Source: Candidatus Delongbacteria bacterium (GTDB lineage: Bacteria > UBA4055). Taken from it: a DNA stretch of 55,888 nucleotides. The notes beneath the pieces were generated by a model, which saw nothing but the letters and a program-made list of their open reading frames with translations, did not search any database and was not told the DNA's origin. The stretch lies in NCBI GenBank assembly GCA_007124045.1, contig SLFX01000108.1, forward strand, positions 1 through 55,888. Direction: 5' to 3'. The position numbers and the translations under genes are program-made. Numbering within the stretch: the first letter of the stretch is position 1; the number at the start of each line of letters is the position of its first letter. Shown in pieces: positions 9,843 to 18,033 of this stretch.

Positions 9843-11066
9843 TTATGGCGTTTTGGCAAGCCTGAAACCGTGATCGACCATACTCGAAAATGGGGAGCTG
9901 TAACGGAAAGAGACCCGTGAGTAAAATGCGTTTCTGTACCAGTTCCCTCCGCGCAGTACTCTCTTTGAACCGTCCGCAGGTCCGTCCGGGCCTCTGGGAT
10001 TGATCTTATCTTCTTCAGTGTACATGTCCCACCAGTCCCAGCACCATTCCATCACATTTCCGGCCATATCGTAAACTCCGTAGGCGTTCGGCGGAAAACT
10101 TCCCACGGGCGAAACACTGACGGGATAACCGGGATGATTGCCTTCAGTAAGACTTACATCGTATGAATAATAAGGTTCTCCATCTGACCAGAAGCTTAAA
10201 TAATTGGCAGATGTATCGCCTTCAGAACCGTGGGAGATGGTGTCGCCGTCCGGAAAATTCTTGCCGTCAAGACCGCCCCTGGCCGCGAACTCCCATTCAG
10301 CTTCAGTCGGAAGTCTGTATCCGTCGGCAGTCCAGTCGCATATAACTGCATCCCATGCAGGGTCTGTACGATAAGGAGGAATACCCCAGTCATCAGGATC
10401 GGTCGAACCGAGAATGGTATAGGCAGGTGTTAAACCTTCGGCAATACTTCTCAGGTTACAGTACCTTAATATATGGTACCAGAAAACTTTGTAAGCCGGA
10501 TAATTATCTCCCTGGCCGTGCGTATAGGTGGCAGACGGCATATAATCTGTCCATTCTTTTTGAGTTACAGGATATTTCCCTATATAGAATGCATCTACTG
10601 TTACCTGATGGACAGGTCTTTCCCAATAGCCGCCTTCGCCTGAATGATCTCCCATGTAGAAAGTACCGCCCGGAATAAGAACAAATCTTTCCTCGGGCTC
10701 GACCGTAACATTGATCGTGTCGGATATTCCTACATAACCTTCAGTGCAGTAAGCCTTTGCGTATATCGAATGAGAACCAATACTGCCTGATGTATTCCAT
10801 AAAAATTCAAACGGTGATTCTGTAATAGTGTTTTCGAGTTCGTTATTTAGGTAGAATTCTACACAGGAAATCGTTCCCGCGAATGTAACATCCGCACTGA
10901 CCGTAACTATTTCTCCTTCAGTGAACACTGAGCTGTCATCTATATCTATCAGACTTATCTCAGGAATTACGGGGTCTGAGGGTGCCGAAGGACTGTCCTT
11001 TGAACACGACCAGAAAATCAGACCCGTAAAAGCCAAAAATGCAAAAATTATTCTAAATTTACTCAT
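9843..11066 (-). CDS. formylglycine-generating-enzyme (SUMF1/FGE-sulfatase) domain lipoprotein with N-terminal Ig-like domain
   Basis: C-terminal hallmark RVLRGGNWYRNAFYSRVSFR...HGFRLAK, plus AGNVMEWCWDW. ATG 11066 follows GGAG and yields the lipoprotein signal FTGLIFWSC. The ORF could extend to 11093. Confidence 0.8.
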   Translation of the reverse strand: MSKFRIIFAFLAFTGLIFWSCSKDSPSAPSDPVIPEISLIDIDDSSVFTEGEIVTVSADVTFAGTISCVEFYLNNELENTITESPFEFLWNTSGSIGSHSIYAKAYCTEGYVGISDTINVTVEPEERFVLIPGGTFYMGDHSGEGGYWERPVHQVTVDAFYIGKYPVTQKEWTDYMPSATYTHGQGDNYPAYKVFWYHILRYCNLRSIAEGLTPAYTILGSTDPDDWGIPPYRTDPAWDAVICDWTADGYRLPTEAEWEFAARGGLDGKNFPDGDTISHGSEGDTSANYLSFWSDGEPYYSYDVSLTEGNHPGYPVSVSPVGSFPPNAYGVYDMAGNVMEWCWDWWDMYTEEDKINPRGPDGPADGSKRVLRGGNWYRNAFYSRVSFRYSSPFSSMVDHGFRLAKTP

Positions 11067-11219
11067 AATATTTCTCCGCAGATTCTTCATCATATCAAAT
11101 ATAACAATTGAGCTTCATCAATGCAAGAATTTAATTAGAGTGTATTTTGCGTCAAACATCATCCCCTGTTGCTTTTCTCACAATTTTTGTTTAATTTCCA
11201 AAAAAATCAGGAAGCTGTT

Positions 11220-13733
11220 ATGAAACCTTATTTCCTTCTTTTTATAATTTTCGCCGCTACCCTCTCCGCCCGTTACTCGACCTCGAAATACGATTCGCTT
11301 TTCATTCAGGCGTCGGCTTCCTTCCATAATCATCAGGTCTATGTTGAACCGGCGAGGCAGAAGATCATTGATATCGGCGAGTACATTATTCCTTTTCTTG
11401 CGGAAAAATCTTCGTCACGCCAGCCGAGGGAGTATCACGCACTTCGAAATCTTTTTTCCAGAATAGACCCGAAGCTGTCTTCGAGGTACCTGATGGATGT
11501 GATCAGAATGGAGGACAGGGAAAGTTTTAACGCTGCGGTTGAATTTCTCGGCCTGTCGAAGTACGAGCGCGGGCTTGAATTTCTGGAGAGTTTTCTTTCT
11601 TCGGATTCTTCGTGGGTGAAAGTCGCGGCTTTAAAAGGCATCGGTGATCTTAAGGATCCTAAAAGCCTTCATGTTCTGCGCCCGTTTAAGAACGATGAGG
11701 ATTTCCGGATCAGATGGCAGGTCGCGGCCGCTTTCGGCAAAATGGACACTCCCGAAGGCGACAGGGAGCTTATTTCGATGCTCGGCGACTCTCTTCAGCT
11801 TATTTCACACACTGCTCTGCGATATCTCGATCTGCATCTTACTGCCGATTCGTTAAAACAAAGGCACAAACTTCTCGCTAAAAAGGACGGCCCGGTTCTT
11901 CTTGATCTTCTCAGGAAAAAGCATATTGAGGGCATTGATGTTCCTCTTATTTCTGAAGCTTACCATGAGATTTCAGCACCGGATTCTGTCTCTCTTCTTA
12001 CGATGGAAGATTTACTTTCCGACGATTCGGTGATCTATTCCGCGCTTGAAAAGCTCTATATGTCAAGAAGAGATTTCTTTCTGCCGGTCAGGACTGAAAA
12101 GGAGGTGTTTCTCTTTCCTTCCATAGCCGAAATGTTCAAGGACCCGCTTCTTCAGGCTGCTCTTCCGGTCGAAACGGTCAAAGATTATGATATTTTTCCG
12201 AACATTGATTTTAAAAGTCTATGCAAAGAGTTTCAGATCCCCGTTCCGTCATACGATCCGGGCAGGGTTGATATTGACTCATTCATAAAAAACCACTCTT
12301 ATATTACGGCTGTTTTCGATTCGGCATGGCATAAATATCCCGACATGGAAAAGATCATAAATGAAGTCAGGGAAAGATATTTTGGAGAAAGAGAGACTGA
12401 AAAGGATCTTCCCGGCGACGATATTTCGGTAATGATAAGAAACAGGCTTGACGAGCGAAGGTATTATGACGAAAGCCGGAAGTTCTACAAAGAGACGCTT
12501 AAGGACTTTGAGCCTTCTTATATTATTAAGGCGGGAATAATGGCGTACAGGAATTTTCTCGCGCTTAAGGAATTTGTGAAGGAAAACGATATTGAGCCTT
12601 TTGAGAAAGACACTCCGTTCGGCAGAGTCCGCGCAGGCAGTAAAGGAGACGATGTTTACGAAGGGAGCTATTTTCTGATAATTGACAGGGGCGGGAACGA
12701 TACGTACAGGCTGAATAATAAGGATCAGCGTTTTTCATACATTATTGACCTTGAAGGGAATGACAGATATATTTCGGACGGGTTCGGGCCGGCTTCGGCT
12801 TTTAACGGGATATCTTTCCTGTACGACGGTAAAGGTGATGATATCTACGACTGCAAAAACTACTCTCTGGCCTCTTCCCTGTTCGGTTTTACTGTTCTTC
12901 TTGACGGAGGCGGGAACGACAGGTTCATTTCGAACATCCATTCTCAGGCGGCGGCCACCTTCGGATACTCGTGCCTGTGGAACGCGGGCGGTAACGATGT
13001 CTATATCGCCGAAATGAAATCCCAGGCGTATGCAGGAGTGCACGGCTATGCGGTCCTGGTTGAGGATGAGGGCAACGATAACTATACGCTGTCAGGCAAT
13101 CAGGTGGATGTTCTCCGCTATTCCGACCATTTTATGTCCATGGGTCAGGGATATTCATTCGGCGACCGGGACCACGCCGCCGGGGGTATTGCGATGCTTT
13201 TCGACAAGCAGGGCAACGACAACTATGTTTCCGATATATTCGGTCAGGGCGGCGGCTACTGGTTCGCGTTCGGAGCGCTGTACGACCTCGCCGGCAACGA
13301 CAACTACATCTCGTACCAGTACTCGATGGGTTCGGGCGTGCACCTCGCCTTCGGAACCCTGATAGACCTTGAGGGAGATGATTCTTACAGATCTAAAGGC
13401 GTCTCGATAGGCTGCGGGCACGACTATGCCGGCGGAATGTTCTTTGACCTTCAGGGCAATGATTCGTATCACGCTGAATCACTTTCGATCGGCGGGTCCA
13501 GCGCGAACGGGATCTCGGTGTTCTTCGACGGCGCGGGCGACGACCTCTACTCCGCGCACCAGCCCAACACGATGGGCTGGTCGGACTGGCGGCGGGATGC
13601 CGGATATATAAGCATATTTATTGATATGAGCGGAAAGAACAGGTATTCGTCACCCGCCGGCAAAAGCGGTAAAAAGTGGTACCGCGGAACATGGGGCATC
13701 GGGCTCGATCTTGATCACAAGATCAGGAAATGA
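11220..13733 (+). CDS. secreted HEAT-repeat protein with C-terminal 12x GNDxY beta-solenoid-like repeats
   Basis: ATG 11220 is preceded by AGGAAG and gives the signal peptide MKPYFLLFIIFAATLSA. The track's TTG at 11169 is less likely. The N-terminal part has HEAT-like helices (VKVAALKGIGDLKDPKSL...RIRWQVAAAFG). The C-terminal third is repetitive. Confidence 0.75.
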   Translation: MKPYFLLFIIFAATLSARYSTSKYDSLFIQASASFHNHQVYVEPARQKIIDIGEYIIPFLAEKSSSRQPREYHALRNLFSRIDPKLSSRYLMDVIRMEDRESFNAAVEFLGLSKYERGLEFLESFLSSDSSWVKVAALKGIGDLKDPKSLHVLRPFKNDEDFRIRWQVAAAFGKMDTPEGDRELISMLGDSLQLISHTALRYLDLHLTADSLKQRHKLLAKKDGPVLLDLLRKKHIEGIDVPLISEAYHEISAPDSVSLLTMEDLLSDDSVIYSALEKLYMSRRDFFLPVRTEKEVFLFPSIAEMFKDPLLQAALPVETVKDYDIFPNIDFKSLCKEFQIPVPSYDPGRVDIDSFIKNHSYITAVFDSAWHKYPDMEKIINEVRERYFGERETEKDLPGDDISVMIRNRLDERRYYDESRKFYKETLKDFEPSYIIKAGIMAYRNFLALKEFVKENDIEPFEKDTPFGRVRAGSKGDDVYEGSYFLIIDRGGNDTYRLNNKDQRFSYIIDLEGNDRYISDGFGPASAFNGISFLYDGKGDDIYDCKNYSLASSLFGFTVLLDGGGNDRFISNIHSQAAATFGYSCLWNAGGNDVYIAEMKSQAYAGVHGYAVLVEDEGNDNYTLSGNQVDVLRYSDHFMSMGQGYSFGDRDHAAGGIAMLFDKQGNDNYVSDIFGQGGGYWFAFGALYDLAGNDNYISYQYSMGSGVHLAFGTLIDLEGDDSYRSKGVSIGCGHDYAGGMFFDLQGNDSYHAESLSIGGSSANGISVFFDGAGDDLYSAHQPNTMGWSDWRRDAGYISIFIDMSGKNRYSSPAGKSGKKWYRGTWGIGLDLDHKIRK
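12669..13646 (+). repeat. in-frame protein repeat array: 12 copies of a hydrophobic-strand + G(N/D)DxY unit
   Basis: The motifs are GGNDTY, EGNDRY, KGDDIY, GGNDRF, GGNDVY, EGNDNY, QGNDNY, AGNDNY, EGDDSY, QGNDSY, AGDDLY and SGKNRY. They are spaced about 22-35 aa apart. Confidence 0.8.
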
Positions 13734-13749
13734 TCTTATTTTTTAGTAA

Positions 13750-13824
13750 TCACATATGATCCTTCCAGCCTGAAGCGACCGCATAGGCCATGCACCTTTT
13801 GAAGATATCATAATTCATTTTCGG
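13750..13824 (-). pseudogene. relic copy of the last ~24 codons plus stop of the SDR/thioester-reductase gene
   Basis: 13748-13824 matches 14958-15034 at 75 of 77 positions. It would encode (CP)KMNYDIFKRCMAYAVASGWKDHM*, against ...KMNYDIFKRCMDYAVASGWKDHM* at the end of the intact gene. Confidence 0.8.
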
Positions 13825-13832
13825 TTATTGCT

Positions 13833-13875
13833 CCGGTTGACAAACCTGCTAAAAATTCTCTTTTTTGTCAACCGG
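13833..13875. promoter_or_regulatory. palindromic site CCGGTTGACAA-N21-TTGTCAACCGG (copy downstream of the XRE gene)
   Basis: Perfect 11-bp inverted arms. The same arms recur at 14882-14922. In this copy the -10-like hexamer is degenerate (CAGGTT on the minus strand). Confidence 0.5.
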
Positions 13876-13900
13876 CCTGATTTTCTAAAAACAATATATA

Positions 13901-14866
13901 TCAGGCTCCCATGACCGTATTCTTTTTAACTTTTGATATCGGTTCGTTTAGAATTGAAGCTGCTTTCCCGCATGTAATAAGCTCAAGAGACAAAGCCTTA
14001 TATACAAGCTTTCTGAGTTTTTCGGGTTTTTCAAAAATGCCGTCTCTATATTCAACTTTATCTGTTAAGGACTTTAAATTATATTTCCAGCCTGTTACTC
14101 CATCTTCAAGCAGCCTGAAAACCACATCATTTGCGCTCATTCCAAAATACCGTGCCGCAGAATGTAATTCATAGACCGTTATCAAATTCCTTCTGACGCC
14201 GAACTCTTTTGCCAGAACCTTCTCAGGAAGGAGCATATTTAAAGCAAAAGACCTTAGGACATTATCATTTTCCCCGCAGCTGTCCGCAATTCGCATTAGG
14301 CGACCCAGCTCGTATAAAAGCCTGTATCTTTTTGCTTCATGATCCAATCCTGAATTTATGAGGATCAGAGGATATTCTCCTTCATAATATCCGAAGGCGG
14401 AAATAATTTTTACCTCATCAGGAGTTTCTATAACATTTATTCCTGACGATTCAAGAAACCACACCACACTGCATATAGGGCCGTTTGCTCTGTCTCTACA
14501 TTCAATAATTATCTCCGTGCTTAAAGGCGATTTTTCAATCTTCAGAATTCTTTCAAGTTCGAAAAGTTTTTCAAGCTGCTCCAACGCACATGCTTCCACC
14601 ATCCCGGCTGTTTTGGGAGATACTGCCGAAGAATAATTGACAGATAGTTCTGATGCGTCCAAAAGAGACGATCTGAAAAAATAATCAATATTGACACCGA
14701 GAACTTTAGCTATATTAATAAGATTTTCGCTTGTGGGAAAAGATCTTTCAGCCTCATATTTGCTTATCATCTGCTTTGAGATATTGATTTTATCCGCCAG
14801 TTGCTGCAAAGTCATTCCTTTGGCGATCCTTGCATTTTTCAATCTTTCGGCGAACAGATTATTCAT
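13901..14866 (-). CDS. XRE-family HTH regulator fused to a degenerate ImmA/IrrE-like (M78) domain
   Basis: The N-terminus LKNARIAKGMTLQQLADKINISKQMISKYEAERSFPT is a typical HTH_3. The central RLLYELGRLM aligns with the ImmA HEXXH helix (xxAHELGHxx), with both His replaced (Y and R). Confidence 0.7.
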   Translation of the reverse strand: MNNLFAERLKNARIAKGMTLQQLADKINISKQMISKYEAERSFPTSENLINIAKVLGVNIDYFFRSSLLDASELSVNYSSAVSPKTAGMVEACALEQLEKLFELERILKIEKSPLSTEIIIECRDRANGPICSVVWFLESSGINVIETPDEVKIISAFGYYEGEYPLILINSGLDHEAKRYRLLYELGRLMRIADSCGENDNVLRSFALNMLLPEKVLAKEFGVRRNLITVYELHSAARYFGMSANDVVFRLLEDGVTGWKYNLKSLTDKVEYRDGIFEKPEKLRKLVYKALSLELITCGKAASILNEPISKVKKNTVMGA

Positions 14867-14881
14867 TTTAGGGTTTTTGCT

Positions 14882-14922
14882 CCGGTTGACAATTTTCGCG
14901 TAAATTTACTACTTTGTCAACC
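14882..14922. promoter_or_regulatory. palindromic operator overlapping the candidate XRE promoter
   Basis: CCGGTTGACAA-N21-TTGTCAACC lies 16 nt upstream of the XRE start. On the minus strand one arm supplies TTGACA (14920-14915), then a 17-nt spacer, then GAAAAT (14897-14892). The other arm lies just downstream of the -10. Confidence 0.5.
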
Positions 14923-14957
14923 ACTTGTCAAGTTATGAATCATGGTCGAATATACAA

Positions 14958-15034
14958 AATCACATATGATCCTTCCAGCCAGAAGCGACCGCATAGTCCA
15001 TGCACCTTTTGAAGATATCATAATTCATTTTCGG
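14958..15034. repeat. 77-bp direct repeat, intact-gene copy (partner at 13748-13824)
   Basis: There are two mismatches between the copies (13771 t versus 14981 a; 13787 g versus 14997 t). The copies are 1210 bp apart and bracket the XRE gene. Confidence 0.85.
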
Positions 15035-16084
15035 GCAATAAATATTCTCAGACTCAAGCAAAGGCGCAGTCCTGTCCGTCAAAAACACCCTTCTGTCGGC
15101 TATATACGGAAGATACATTTTCACATAACTCTCGAAAAGCTGCTCAAGACCGTTTTTGTCCTTTATCTCTCCCTCATCGCCGTTGACTACTTTCAGCCCT
15201 TCTATGCCAAAATACTCCGAAGTGTATTCAATGAGCTCATTCAGATCGCCCGCACCGCTGTTCACTATATGAAAAATTCCGTCTTCGGTATTTTTTTCGA
15301 TAATGGCGGTCATGGCTTTGGTAAAAAAATCCACAGGTATGAGGTTGAGCTTTCCCCCCGATATACTTTTCAGCCTTATCGGCATTACAAGCTTCCCGCC
15401 CTCTTTCAATTTGACGCCGAGAGCTTCTGCCCTCTTCCCAACTTTTTCGAGGATATCTTTGAGCATAATTTCCTTTATGAAGGAAATAGCTTTGACAGGA
15501 TAATAAAGCGCGTTGAATTTCCTGCTTCTTCCTGTACCTGATTCGCCGTAAACTATCGAGGGCCTGTAGATCGAAAGTTTTATCCCGTTATTTTTGCAAA
15601 AATCGTAAGCTTTTCTTTCGGCTCTATTCTTTGTTTCCTCATAGACATTTGTGAATTTTTCCGGATAAGTCAATTCTTCCGGGCAGTCTCCTTCGACCGC
15701 ACCCGCGCTGTATGCCGTGCCGAGATAGTGAAAACGGGAAGCGCTTTTACTTTTGGCCATTTTAAGCACTTCTTCGAGGTATTGAAGGTTGGACGCTTCT
15801 ATCTCTCGCCTGTTCCTTTCGGCAAAATCAGTATCCGATGCACAGTGAATTATCTCCTGGCCTTGATGGCAATGATCACCGATGCTGATGTTCGATATTT
15901 CGTCTTCCGTGAGTCCGAACCATTCTGCTGCCCGCCTCACTCTCGTTTCGGCGTCATACCCGTTCTTCGGCCTGACCGATAGAGTGATCTGATAATTTTT
16001 CCTGCAGAGAGCCGCAACAAGATAGCTTCCGAGAAATCCGGTCCCTCCCGTTATGAAAAAACTCCTGCTGTTCTCAATCGGCAT
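14960..16084 (-). CDS. SDR-family NAD(P)-dependent thioester/acyl reductase-like protein
   Basis: It has the Rossmann motif FFITGGTGFLGSYLV and the catalytic-type YEETKNRAE (YxxxK). ATG 16084 overlaps the upstream stop (ATGCCGATTGA). The longer ORF to 16144 is less likely. Confidence 0.7.
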   Translation of the reverse strand: MPIENSRSFFITGGTGFLGSYLVAALCRKNYQITLSVRPKNGYDAETRVRRAAEWFGLTEDEISNISIGDHCHQGQEIIHCASDTDFAERNRREIEASNLQYLEEVLKMAKSKSASRFHYLGTAYSAGAVEGDCPEELTYPEKFTNVYEETKNRAERKAYDFCKNNGIKLSIYRPSIVYGESGTGRSRKFNALYYPVKAISFIKEIMLKDILEKVGKRAEALGVKLKEGGKLVMPIRLKSISGGKLNLIPVDFFTKAMTAIIEKNTEDGIFHIVNSGAGDLNELIEYTSEYFGIEGLKVVNGDEGEIKDKNGLEQLFESYVKMYLPYIADRRVFLTDRTAPLLESENIYCPKMNYDIFKRCMDYAVASGWKDHM

Positions 16085-17915
16085 ATAGAATATGCTCCTT
16101 TCTCGCGAATCCCTGATAAAGCGTGTACCTGATCCACTTGACATCGGGATGCTCTGAGCTGAATCTTCCGATGAATGCCGCTATGTCCCCGAGAGCAGCA
16201 CCGGCCTTTCCTCTTTCCGCGGGATCGGTATGATCAAGATAATAGTCGTACTCAAAAACCGCCCTTTTTCCGAAATCGAGCGGGGTAACAAAACCGTAAT
16301 CGTGTCTGATATTGTTTTTTAGTCCGATAGCGTCAAATCCTTCATTCAGTATGGCTATAATTTCAGGATCTGCGGGGGTATAAACGATTATCGCGAGAAC
16401 ATGCTTTTCCCTGCCCATCCTCGAGCTGAGTATTCGAAGTTCGTTAAGCTTAACCAGATCTGTCATGGCGGGCTCTTCGTAAACCTGCCCGAAAAATCCC
16501 CGCAGGTCTTCGGGAAAAGCCGATGCTATGTTTTCCGGCGACGGGTCCAGAGCCGCCTCGATAAGCGGCCTTATGCTTTGTTCCGACAAAAACTCATAAG
16601 GTTTTTTGTCGCCGCACATCTGAGCTATCAGATCCGGCCATTCCGGTTTCGCAAGGGAAGGCAGGCCGAGAAATAATGTTCTGAAAAGATCATTGTCAAT
16701 AACACCGGGTTTTATTGATCTGACGGCCTCTATATCGTATTTGTCGCCGATGACAAGAACGGGGTAATTAATCTTGAGAGTGCGTGTAAAAACATTTTTT
16801 ATTTTTTCAGCCAGCTCTATACTCGGAGACATGAAAACCGAAATATATTCTCCGCCGAGTATACCTATGCCCGTGCCTATCCTCCTGAAAGAAAGCTCGC
16901 GAGCAAATGCAACAGCATCCTTAAGGTCTTCGAACGGGACGAGTACGCCTGTTTCGTCCTCAGGAATACGGTGCAGCTTGACTTCAGCCCATATGCAGAT
17001 GCCGGGAAGCTCCCTGTCCTCTTTCGAGTAGGCAAAAAGATTTGGAGAATCGTGATCGTGCATCGAAAAACGCTTCCCGTCCTTTCCGACAAAACCGGCA
17101 GTTACAAGGTTGTCCGCGTTTATTCCGTATGAGGCCGAGAAAAGAGAGAATATGCCCGAACACATAATGTTAGCGCAGACCATTGCGGCGGGTTCGGCGG
17201 CATTTATCCTAAAACCCCTCGCAAGAGCTTCTTTCTGAAGCTCGTATGATGTTACCCCCGGCCCGACCCTGACCTTATAATTCCTTTCGTCGAAAGAGAT
17301 CTCTTTCATCCTGATAAGGTCTATAACGAGCCCTTCGCTCATGACAAAGCCCATTACGCTCGAGCCGTTCCCGCGGACAGCATAAGGTACAGAATGCTCG
17401 GCGCACAGCTTTACTATGGCCGCAACCTCATCGGCTGTTTTCGGAACGGCCGCATATTTGGGCATCCTCGGGGGCGCGACGGGGCACGGGTCGTGCGAAT
17501 AGCACACAAGTACCGCCGGATCACAGCTCGAATATTTTTCGCCTGTGATGCGCTTTAACGCGAGGATGAACTCATCCTCGTCCGGCGAAGCCGGCTCCCC
17601 GTTCGCCGAAACATGCCCGGCGATATGTTCCTTCAGAGCGTGCATGACGCTCTGCGGCCTGAGCTCTGTGACAAAGCAGCACTGCCTGTCGCAGATGCCG
17701 CACAGAGTACAGGTGGCGGCGGCCTCGACCGCCGCCGGAGTGACCGGAACGGTACCGTCAACCAGAGCTTTATAAAGGTCCATCCTCCCCTGCGGGTAGA
17801 ATGTGACAAATCCGCGTTCGGGCCCTGATGCGCAAAGCCCTGTACCGAGATAATCTATCTTGCACATCGCATAATGCCTGCAGTTCGATGCTGTTCTGTA
17901 AGCTTTTTCTTTCAT
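16074..17915 (-). CDS. Fe-S cluster-binding / FAD-linked (PCMH-type, FAD_binding_4-like) oxidoreductase
   Basis: 613 aa. The N-terminus is Cys-rich (CRHYAMCKIDYLGTGLCASG ... CTLCGICDRQCC). This is followed by an FAD-binding-4-like segment (VPYAVRGNGSSVMGF...VIDL...VRVGPGVT). Confidence 0.6.
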   Translation of the reverse strand: MKEKAYRTASNCRHYAMCKIDYLGTGLCASGPERGFVTFYPQGRMDLYKALVDGTVPVTPAAVEAAATCTLCGICDRQCCFVTELRPQSVMHALKEHIAGHVSANGEPASPDEDEFILALKRITGEKYSSCDPAVLVCYSHDPCPVAPPRMPKYAAVPKTADEVAAIVKLCAEHSVPYAVRGNGSSVMGFVMSEGLVIDLIRMKEISFDERNYKVRVGPGVTSYELQKEALARGFRINAAEPAAMVCANIMCSGIFSLFSASYGINADNLVTAGFVGKDGKRFSMHDHDSPNLFAYSKEDRELPGICIWAEVKLHRIPEDETGVLVPFEDLKDAVAFARELSFRRIGTGIGILGGEYISVFMSPSIELAEKIKNVFTRTLKINYPVLVIGDKYDIEAVRSIKPGVIDNDLFRTLFLGLPSLAKPEWPDLIAQMCGDKKPYEFLSEQSIRPLIEAALDPSPENIASAFPEDLRGFFGQVYEEPAMTDLVKLNELRILSSRMGREKHVLAIIVYTPADPEIIAILNEGFDAIGLKNNIRHDYGFVTPLDFGKRAVFEYDYYLDHTDPAERGKAGAALGDIAAFIGRFSSEHPDVKWIRYTLYQGFARKEHILYAD

Positions 17916-17947
17916 ATTTTCAAAATCTCCATAATGATATTGAATAA

Positions 17948-17976
17948 AATGTAAGGTTTTAAAGACCCGGTGTCAA
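17948..17976 (-). promoter_or_regulatory. candidate promoter of the oxidase-reductase pair
   Basis: The minus strand reads TTGACA, a 17-nt spacer, then TACATT. GGAGA lies about 9 nt before the ATG at 17915. Confidence 0.4.
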
Positions 17977-18033
17977 GCTGAAATATCATTTCGGATATGT
18001 GTAAAAAAACCGAATAAGATACGCTGAAACATA

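Noticed and set aside
11169-11219. TTG-initiated extension of the HEAT/GNDxY protein
   Set aside because: ATG 11220 has an AGGAAG ribosome-binding site and begins a typical signal peptide. The extension has neither.
12669-13646. Repetitive DNA that might be a CRISPR array or a canonical RTX toxin repeat block
   Set aside because: The repeats are in-frame protein repeats with variable length and sequence, not identical DNA repeats with spacers. The period (about 22-35 aa) is incompatible with the RTX nonapeptide.
14942-15541. 199-aa plus-strand ORF
   Set aside because: It lies entirely antisense to the SDR/thioester-reductase gene, which has clear family motifs. It has no motifs or RBS of its own, so it is a shadow ORF.
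16085-16144. 20-codon N-terminal extension of the SDR gene
   Set aside because: It would overlap the upstream oxidase gene by 71 nt. ATG 16084 places the Rossmann motif at the usual distance from the N-terminus and gives a typical coupled overlap.
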